From Ferroglobus placidus DSM 10642 (GTDB lineage: Archaea > Halobacteriota > Archaeoglobi > Archaeoglobales > Archaeoglobaceae), in the NCBI RefSeq assembly GCF_000025505.1, contig NC_013849.1, positions 1,800,001-1,832,000 on the forward strand: a stretch of DNA of 32,000 nt. Direction: 5' to 3'. The position numbers and the translations under genes are program-made. Of this stretch, positions 26,038 through 32,000 are shown piece after piece. Each line of letters opens with the position of its first letter. The stretch's first letter is position 1. Below the pieces are notes generated by a model. It ran no database searches. It was not told where the DNA came from and worked only from the letters and a program-made list of their open reading frames with translations.

Positions 26038-27803
26038 CTTCTCCTCATCACCAACAGAATCGCTACCAAAGCTAAAGCGATTTCGAATCCCGGCACTCTT
26101 TTCGCTTCTTTCACTTCTATCGGCAATTTTACTGGATCGCTTATAACCCACTCGTCGTTCAAGTCCTTGTATTTAACTTCGAGATTGAGAGCGTACACTC
26201 TCGGAGTTGCGTCGCTGTCAACCTTAAGCTTGAACGTTACGTTCTTCACTTCCCCCGGCTTCAGCGAGCCGATGTAGGAAGTGTCGTCAGTCGTGGAGAA
26301 CGGATCAACGACTGTGATCCTCGCGGTAGCTTCCTTGATTTCGTAGTCACCCAAGTTCTTTATGCCGACGGTAACGATCTTTTCCTCACCCGCCCTCAAA
26401 ACTCCCTTTCCTATTACCTCGAACTTCGTCTTTTTCTTTATCTCTATTCCGATGTCGAACTCCTCTTTGACTTCCTTCCCGAGGTCGTAGTAAATTATCA
26501 GCTTGGCTGGATAAACCGTGCTCTCCGCATCCGAAGAGGCTTTTACCTTAAATTTTAGAACAGCTTCGCTAACGTCTCCCGCAAAGTACTCTTCGGAAAG
26601 GGCTGTTAGCGGGGGATTTACCTCTATTTTCGCTTTTACCTCCTTCAGGACTCTGTCAGCTTTAATTTTTACCGCCACGTCTCCTTTGCTACCGGCGTGA
26701 ACGCTGGAATTTACTTCGACCACTTCGATTTTCGGTTTATCTTCGACAAAAACTCCGAAATTCTCCGCGGAAGTTTCCTTCAATTTGTTGTCGGAGACGT
26801 AAAATCCCTTTATCTGGAAGGGATAGTAGCCTCCTTCATCGACGTTGGCTTCGACGGTAAACGTAACGTTCACGCTTTCGTTTGGCTCGAGATCTCCGAC
26901 GTAAAATGCTGAAGAAGTCAGAAGAGTTTTTATCTCAGCCGGAACGCTTATCTCCGACGGAATCTGAAGGAAAGGAGTCTCTAAAAACTGTTTCATCATT
27001 TCGGAGTACTTTTCGACGTCAACCCTTTCCATTCCAGCAACCAGAAATCCTCTCGGCGGATTGAGGGTTACGAAAAGCTTCTCAGCTTTAGCCTCTCCGG
27101 TGTTTTTCAAAGTTACGGTTACCTTGCCTTTCCCACCAGCCACGAGTTCTGAAGTGACATTAACAACTTCGAGGGAAACCTCTGGTTTTTCCACGATTAG
27201 CTTTACCGTAATCTCCTGCTCTCTTTCCTCGTACCTGATTTTGAGGTACTCCGGATACACCACTACTTTCGTCTCGTTAACTATCGTCATAGTTTCTGGA
27301 GAAGGAATGCCTGTGGATATGTTGTAGGTCTTCCTTTCCTCTTTCGGTACGTACTGGAAGTAAGGAGTAGTCGTGTCGATGATGACTTCGTCGACGCATT
27401 CGTAGCTCAATTTAATCTTGAGGTAATGCTCGCCGCTCTTAACACCTTTAGTGTCTATTATCACCGGAATTTGAACGGGTTTGAAAGGAGGTATCGCCGA
27501 AAAACTCATCTCCGGAGTCTTTATTTTAAGCGTTTCGCTTTCGAAGCTTATCGAAACGTTGTAAGCTGTTATTAACATGCTCGGATCTTTGGAAACGAAT
27601 TCGTACTCCTCGTAGCTGTCGTAGATTTGCTTCCAAAGTCTCGCGTTGTTCTGGATTATCAAGTTAACTGCCTGCTCTTTTCCGAGTTCGAGATAATTGT
27701 CTCCAACAACGTAGGCTGTGAAGTAAGGCTTGTCCTCGTAGTCTAAAGCTGCAGCGGGAAATACGATAATGAACATTATTAAGGGGATGATCAGAGCTCT
27801 CAT
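26034..27803 (-). CDS. Secreted multi-domain beta-sandwich (CARDB / COG1361 'S-layer domain'-like) surface protein with PGF-CTERM anchor signal
   Basis: The signal peptide is MRALIIPLIMFIIVFPAAA|LD. Three to four repeats carry the pattern G..G.V.V.LKN.G...A......V..P......Y.G.L.P.ES..V.F.V.V. The C-terminus VPGFEIALALVAILLVMRRR has a PGF motif, a hydrophobic helix and an Arg cluster, which is the archaeosortase A-type sorting signal. Confidence 0.8.
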   Translation of the reverse strand: MRALIIPLIMFIIVFPAAALDYEDKPYFTAYVVGDNYLELGKEQAVNLIIQNNARLWKQIYDSYEEYEFVSKDPSMLITAYNVSISFESETLKIKTPEMSFSAIPPFKPVQIPVIIDTKGVKSGEHYLKIKLSYECVDEVIIDTTTPYFQYVPKEERKTYNISTGIPSPETMTIVNETKVVVYPEYLKIRYEEREQEITVKLIVEKPEVSLEVVNVTSELVAGGKGKVTVTLKNTGEAKAEKLFVTLNPPRGFLVAGMERVDVEKYSEMMKQFLETPFLQIPSEISVPAEIKTLLTSSAFYVGDLEPNESVNVTFTVEANVDEGGYYPFQIKGFYVSDNKLKETSAENFGVFVEDKPKIEVVEVNSSVHAGSKGDVAVKIKADRVLKEVKAKIEVNPPLTALSEEYFAGDVSEAVLKFKVKASSDAESTVYPAKLIIYYDLGKEVKEEFDIGIEIKKKTKFEVIGKGVLRAGEEKIVTVGIKNLGDYEIKEATARITVVDPFSTTDDTSYIGSLKPGEVKNVTFKLKVDSDATPRVYALNLEVKYKDLNDEWVISDPVKLPIEVKEAKRVPGFEIALALVAILLVMRRR

Positions 27804-27814
27804 GGTACCACCTG

Positions 27815-27832
27815 TCGTAGCCGCTACTACGA
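27815..27832. promoter_or_regulatory. Inverted repeat TCGTAG-N6-CTACGA (core GTAGC-C-GCTAC) in the 63-bp divergent promoter region
   Basis: Read directly from the sequence. It lies between the shared palindromic TATA-like TATTTAAA (27838-27845) and the ATG of the surface-protein/RND operon (27803), so it overlaps the expected transcription start. Confidence 0.3.
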
Positions 27833-27866
27833 AAATGTATTTAAACTTTTTTGAAGAGTATATACT

Positions 27867-28505
27867 GTGGACAAGCTCGTGGAAGTTCTGAGGGATTTCA
27901 AACTGTCAGACTACGAGATTAAAGTCTTGCTTACTCTCATCTCCGAAGGAGAGCTAACCGCGAGCGAAATTGCTGAAAAAAGCGGAATTCCGAGAACGTC
28001 GGTGTACGAGACTGTGAAAAGTCTGGAGAAGAAGGGACTCGTTGTTTGCAGAGGAAAACCTCTGAGAGTTAGGGCTTTAAGCGCTGAGCAGCTCGTAAAC
28101 GTTTTTGCAAAGAAGCTCGAGGAGAAGATGAGAGCCCTCGACAAGCTAACCGAGATAGAAAAAGAAAAGAGGGAGGAGATCGTCACAATATACAGAAACG
28201 AGGCAGCGTTTAACGTCCTCGAAAATATTCTCGAAAAAGCTTCGAGAATAGTGGTTGCTTCCCTCAACATTGACGAAAGGCTGAAAAAAATTCTCGATTC
28301 AAAGAATGCGAAAAAAGTAATAAAAATTAGGGAGTTCGAAAACGACTTCAGCCATGCGATAATACTTGCCGACGATAAAGCGATACTTTACACGAATCAC
28401 GAAGGAGACGTGACGATAATCGTCGGTGGAGGAGAATTTTCGAAATTCTACTTTGAATTGCTTTCGGCATTCATTAAAGATTTGCCCTTCGACGTCAAAA
28501 AGTAG
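27867..28505 (+). CDS. TrmB-family transcriptional regulator
   Basis: The ORF has a GTG start. The N-terminus FKLSDYEIKVLLTLISEGELTASEIAEKSGIPRTSVYETVKSLEKKGLVV is the canonical TrmB wHTH, followed by a coiled-coil and a C-terminal effector-like domain. The protein is 212 aa. Confidence 0.85.
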   Translation: MDKLVEVLRDFKLSDYEIKVLLTLISEGELTASEIAEKSGIPRTSVYETVKSLEKKGLVVCRGKPLRVRALSAEQLVNVFAKKLEEKMRALDKLTEIEKEKREEIVTIYRNEAAFNVLENILEKASRIVVASLNIDERLKKILDSKNAKKVIKIREFENDFSHAIILADDKAILYTNHEGDVTIIVGGGEFSKFYFELLSAFIKDLPFDVKK

Positions 28506-28578
28506 TAAAGCTTGGGGAAGTCCGAACAACTTCCGGAACTTACGTCAATTCTAACCAAACCAGCTTCTACGAGGGAAT

Positions 28579-28674
28579 TTAAAATTTTTTAAAATTATCT
28601 CCCAAAATTTCCTTAGCTTTTTCCTCCTCGACGAATTCCTTCTCTTTAAAGAGTTTAAGTAAAATATCCTTCAT
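28579..28674 (-). CDS. Possible 31-aa micro-ORF (MKDILLKLFKEKEFVEEEKAKEILGDNFKKF) coupled to the upstream wHTH gene
   Basis: Its ATG overlaps the upstream TGA (TGATG). There is no other support and it could be fortuitous. Confidence 0.15.
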   Translation of the reverse strand: MKDILLKLFKEKEFVEEEKAKEILGDNFKKF

Positions 28675-28931
28675 CAGCCAGCTTCAAGCAGCTCTATTCC
28701 GTCGTCGGTTAGCTTTAACTTTCCGTCCTCCTCCACGACGAAACCTTCTCTGATCAACCAGTCGAGGTTAAATTTCAGCTGAAAGTCGTCGAGGTTCAGC
28801 TCTTTTTTTAGTTCCTCCCTCGTTTTTCCGTGAATGCCTATCGCAGCTACTATTTGCCTTCTTATAGGGCTCATCGAAGCTTTAAACAATTTTTCGTGAT
28901 GCGCCCTATCCCTCTCTTTTTTCTCGACCAT
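28674..28931 (-). CDS. Small ArsR-like winged-helix protein
   Basis: The pattern SPIRRQIVAAIGIHGKTREELKKELNLDDFQLKFNLDWLIREGFVVEEDGKLKLTDDG is typical of a wHTH. The ORF-track start 28952 is a TTG; the ATG at 28931 (MVEKKERD...) is preferred. Confidence 0.6.
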   Translation of the reverse strand: MVEKKERDRAHHEKLFKASMSPIRRQIVAAIGIHGKTREELKKELNLDDFQLKFNLDWLIREGFVVEEDGKLKLTDDGIELLEAG

Positions 28932-28984
28932 ATCGAACCACCTATAATTCAAAACTCTAAAACCGTAAATAACTATTTCGAAAT

Positions 28985-30346
28985 TTAACGTTTCAGTTGC
29001 AAACCTACTATTTTGTTAAGAAGCTGAATGAATTCTTCTTCCTTACCTCTCGGAATAGTAGCTCCGGCAGCTATGCTGTGTCCTCCTCCACTTCCTCCGA
29101 CTGCCTCAGCTGCCTCTCTTACGGCAGAAGCTAAGTGCACCCCCCTTTCTACGAGCTCCTTCGTCGCTCTTGCTGAAACTTTCACTCCCTCTTCACTGTA
29201 AGCGAAAGCCACTATGGGCTTATTCTTCGAAGCTATCGAATAACTCATCCCGGCAACTATCCCGACGATCGTTTCGGGAATTGCACTTTTTGCGTGGAAG
29301 TACTGAACGAACTCAAGTTCTTCAATCCCCATTTCTTCTACAAGTTTGATCCCGGCGGAGAGGTTTCTTCTATGCTCTTGCAAAAGAGCTCTTGCCTTCC
29401 TGAAGTGCTTATCTCTGTCTCCCAAGCAAACTCTCAATCCAACTTCCTCAAATCCGTATCTTGCGGTTGCGTTAAGAAGAGTCGAGTACTCCATCGCATC
29501 TCTCAGCTCCGTACCTTCCTCTTCCTCAAGAAGAACGTACGTCTCTCCGACGATCTTCTTTATAAGTTCGTAGGAATATCCGGCTTCCATACAAACTCTC
29601 ACTATACCAGACACAACTTTCCTCTTCTCCTCTCTGCTTAAATCGATCCACCTTACCCAGTCTTCTCTCTTTACTTCCACCCCGAGCGAGCTGAGAAACT
29701 CTATCGCTCCTTTCTCGTTTCCGCTAATTCCGGGAAGGTACGGATCGAAAGTGTACTCGAGCATCTTGTAAACCGGTCTCGTCTGTTTTCCGAAGAACCT
29801 AAGATCTTTAATCGCATTCAAGTATCCGTACTTGATAGCTTCCTCGAGCACGAATCTGTTGAGTCCTACGAGCTTAGCCTCCCGGGAATCCTGCAGATCG
29901 CCTACTGCCCCGACTATAGCGAGAGGAGAAAGATCGTAGTTCAAACCGAGGCATCGAGATACGAGATACGTCGTTGTCGAGCCGCTCAAATCGTAGCTAC
30001 CGTCGTATCCGAAATCGTGGGGGTTGAGCTGCCACTTGTAAGTCATTTCCGGAACGTGGTGATCGGAAATTACGAATTCGAGCTTTCTTCTTAGGAGAAG
30101 AGAAATGTTACCGCTTCCCAAATCGGTCAACCATACAAACCTGTTTTCGTCGGCTATCTTCTCAGCAGCTTTCTCATCAAGCTGCTTCAAAAAGATGATC
30201 TTTGCATCTTTGCCAATTCTGCTTAACGTTTCGAAGGCAATGGCTCCGGAAGTTATGCCGTCGGCGTCTATGTGAGTAACAATTAAGAACTCGTCTTCTT
30301 TTTTTATCCTTTCTGAAATCTCGTAAGCTTTTTTTATAAGATCCAC
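28985..30346 (-). CDS. RecJ-like DHH/DHHA1 nuclease (archaeal RecJ/Cdc45-GAN family)
   Basis: The ORF has a GTG start. DHH motifs I-IV are THIDADG, LTDLG, ISDHH and VGAVGD. The DHHA1 motif is GGGHSIAAG. The protein is 453 aa. Confidence 0.85.
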   Translation of the reverse strand: MDLIKKAYEISERIKKEDEFLIVTHIDADGITSGAIAFETLSRIGKDAKIIFLKQLDEKAAEKIADENRFVWLTDLGSGNISLLLRRKLEFVISDHHVPEMTYKWQLNPHDFGYDGSYDLSGSTTTYLVSRCLGLNYDLSPLAIVGAVGDLQDSREAKLVGLNRFVLEEAIKYGYLNAIKDLRFFGKQTRPVYKMLEYTFDPYLPGISGNEKGAIEFLSSLGVEVKREDWVRWIDLSREEKRKVVSGIVRVCMEAGYSYELIKKIVGETYVLLEEEEGTELRDAMEYSTLLNATARYGFEEVGLRVCLGDRDKHFRKARALLQEHRRNLSAGIKLVEEMGIEELEFVQYFHAKSAIPETIVGIVAGMSYSIASKNKPIVAFAYSEEGVKVSARATKELVERGVHLASAVREAAEAVGGSGGGHSIAAGATIPRGKEEEFIQLLNKIVGLQLKR

Positions 30347-30383
30347 AGAAAAGTAGGAGTAAAAAAGAAATTAAGGGTTTTGG

Positions 30384-32000
30384 TTAGAACTCAGCTCCTG
30401 TTTCTCCGCCTTCTTCTCCACTCTTTTCTTTCTCCTTTTCAAGCGCTTTGGCAGCAATGACGTCGTCTATTCTGAGAATCATCGTAGCAACTTCCGTGGC
30501 TGATTTAATAGCCTGCTTCTTAACTCTCAGCGGCTCGAGAACGCCAAGCTCTCTCATGTCCACGACCTTTCCGTTGTAAACGTCTATTCCAGCGTAAACG
30601 TTTCCTTGCTCGTGCTTGGACTTAAGTTCAACTAAGATGTCTATCGGATCAAGTCCGGCATTTTCAGCCAAACTCTTGGGAATGATTTCTAAAGCCGCTG
30701 CAAAGGCTTCAGCTGCTAACTGCTCTCTTCCACCGAGGCTCGGAGCCCACTCCTTGATTCTGAGACTCACTTCGATCTCCGGAGCACCGCCTCCAGCAAC
30801 GACCTTGCCGTCTTCCAACGCTGCAGCCACGACTTTCACCGCGTCCTCTACTCCTCTCGCAATCTCTTCAACCACGTGCTCCGTTCCACCTCTTATTAGG
30901 ATCGTCACAGCCTTCGGATTCTTGCAACCAGTTATGAAGACCATCTTCTCGTCTCCGACCTTCTTCTCCTCTACAAGCTCAGCCTCTCCGAGATCTTCTG
31001 GTTTGAGATCTCTTAAGTCGGTGAGTATTCTCGCTCCACAGGCTTTTGCGATCTTTTCTATGTCGCTCTTCTTAACCCTCCTCACAGCAAGAACTCCAGC
31101 CTTAGCCAAGTAGTACTGGGCTAAGTCGTCGATTCCCTTCTGGCAGAAAACTACGTTAGCTCCAGCTTCGACGATCTTGTCGACCATCTCCTTTATCATC
31201 TTCTCCTCCTGCTCTATGAACCTCTGAAGCATGTCTGGATCAGTGATTCTTATCTTAGCGTCGGTCTCAGTTTCTTTCACTTCTAAAGCGGCGTTTAACA
31301 CAAGTATCTTGGCATTTTTCACCCTCTTCGGCATTCCGGGGTGAACGACTTCTTTATCGATGACGATACCCTCGATGAGCTCCGAATCTTCCACAGACGC
31401 TCCAGTTCTCTTTTCTATTTTTACGTTGTCCGTGTCGACTTCTATCTTTCCGTTAACCTCTTCGGCAACTATTTTAACAGCTCTTACAGCAATGTCAGCT
31501 AACTTGTTTATCGCAACTTCAGCTCCCTTGCCGGTCATTGCAGTAGCCGCTATCTTCTTAAGCAGCTCGTCATCGTCTCTGTTCACTTCTATCGCTATGC
31601 TGTCGAGGATTTCCATTGCCTTTTCCGCAGCGAGTCTGTAACCCTTAGCGATTACCGTCGGGTGTATGTCGGCGTCAAGGAGTTCTTCAGCCTTCTTCAA
31701 CAATTCTCCGGCAATGACCACAGCCGTGGTAGTTCCGTCTCCCACTTCGTTCTCCTGAGTCTTAGCAACTTCGATCACCATCTTTGCTGCTGGATGTTCT
31801 ACGTCCATCTCCTTGAGAATCGTTACTCCGTCGTTGGTAATGACGACATCGCCTAAGCTGTCCACGAGCATCTTGTCCATTCCTCTCGGACCTAACGTGC
31901 TTCTCACAGCTTCAGCTATAACTCTGACAGCCATTATGTTCATCCTCTGCGCATCTCTGCCGACGGTCCTCTGCGTCCCCTCCTTCAGAATCAGTATAGG
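30384..32000 (-). CDS. ths: Thermosome (group II chaperonin) subunit, 5' end truncated by the window edge
   Basis: The frame stays open to position 32000 ([25 protein letters not shown]...). Chaperonin motifs present are [18 protein letters not shown] and VAGGGAPE. The C-terminus is a charged tail. Confidence 0.95.
   Translation of the reverse strand, partial: PILILKEGTQRTVGRDAQRMNIMAVRVIAEAVRSTLGPRGMDKMLVDSLGDVVITNDGVTILKEMDVEHPAAKMVIEVAKTQENEVGDGTTTAVVIAGELLKKAEELLDADIHPTVIAKGYRLAAEKAMEILDSIAIEVNRDDDELLKKIAATAMTGKGAEVAINKLADIAVRAVKIVAEEVNGKIEVDTDNVKIEKRTGASVEDSELIEGIVIDKEVVHPGMPKRVKNAKILVLNAALEVKETETDAKIRITDPDMLQRFIEQEEKMIKEMVDKIVEAGANVVFCQKGIDDLAQYYLAKAGVLAVRRVKKSDIEKIAKACGARILTDLRDLKPEDLGEAELVEEKKVGDEKMVFITGCKNPKAVTILIRGGTEHVVEEIARGVEDAVKVVAAALEDGKVVAGGGAPEIEVSLRIKEWAPSLGGREQLAAEAFAAALEIIPKSLAENAGLDPIDILVELKSKHEQGNVYAGIDVYNGKVVDMRELGVLEPLRVKKQAIKSATEVATMILRIDDVIAAKALEKEKEKSGEEGGETGAEF

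Noticed and set aside
26038-26151. This is the 38-codon N-terminal extension of the RND exporter ORF (MGYKRSSKIADRSERSEKS...).
   Set aside because: It is hydrophilic and non-conserved-looking, and it lies entirely inside the 3' end of the upstream gene, including its PGF-CTERM region. The ATG at 26037 gives a canonical ATGA coupling and an N-terminus that goes straight into the first TM helix.
1-32000. I looked for CRISPR arrays, rRNA genes, IS elements or transposases, and inteins in large housekeeping genes.
   Set aside because: No regularly spaced direct repeats were seen and no transposase- or integrase-like ORF is present. RFC-L, GyrA, PpsA, ProRS and the thermosome all have normal lengths with contiguous motifs, so no intein insertion is indicated.

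Overview
This is a gene-dense (about 90% coding) archaeal chromosomal window. It most resembles a hyperthermophilic euryarchaeon of the Archaeoglobales type. Supporting markers are a thermosome, RFC large subunit, archaeal-type ProRS, Dph2, a tRNA-Gln with an A1-U72 pair, a C/D box sRNA, a PGF-CTERM protein, bacterial-type GyrA, tungsten AOR and a multihaem cytochrome c. Most of the window is housekeeping. On the minus strand: rfcL, a cupin gene, gyrA, a Dus-like TIM-barrel gene, dapF, a Tk-subtilisin-like protease, a 12-haem cytochrome, dph2, hpt, ppsA, an RND exporter with its surface protein, a RecJ-like nuclease and a thermosome gene cut by the window edge. On the plus strand: a purine permease, aor with a MoaD-like gene, proS, serA and a TrmB-like regulator. 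Many neighbouring genes are joined by ATGA or TGATG overlaps. Several start codons sit about 25 nt downstream of TATA-like boxes, suggesting leaderless mRNAs. Five items are not explained by the ORF track or seem worth follow-up. (1) A divergent TrmB-like regulator faces a translationally coupled pair: a PGF-CTERM multi-beta-sandwich surface protein and an RND/MMPL-type exporter. (2) A membrane-anchored cytochrome c carries 12 CxxCH motifs in 284 aa. (3) A textbook C/D box sRNA is hidden under the start of a predicted 71-aa ORF. (4) A low-GC, roughly 1.8-kb islet abuts the 3' end of tRNA-Gln(UUG); it holds a decayed RHH gene with two in-frame stops and a train of CxxC micro-ORFs. (5) A radical-SAM/SPASM, AOR and MoaD-like tungsten-enzyme module has a MoaD-like protein ending in GG plus a 3-residue tail. 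No CRISPR array, rRNA, transposase or integrase was recognised. All family assignments come from motif reading by eye; no searches were run.
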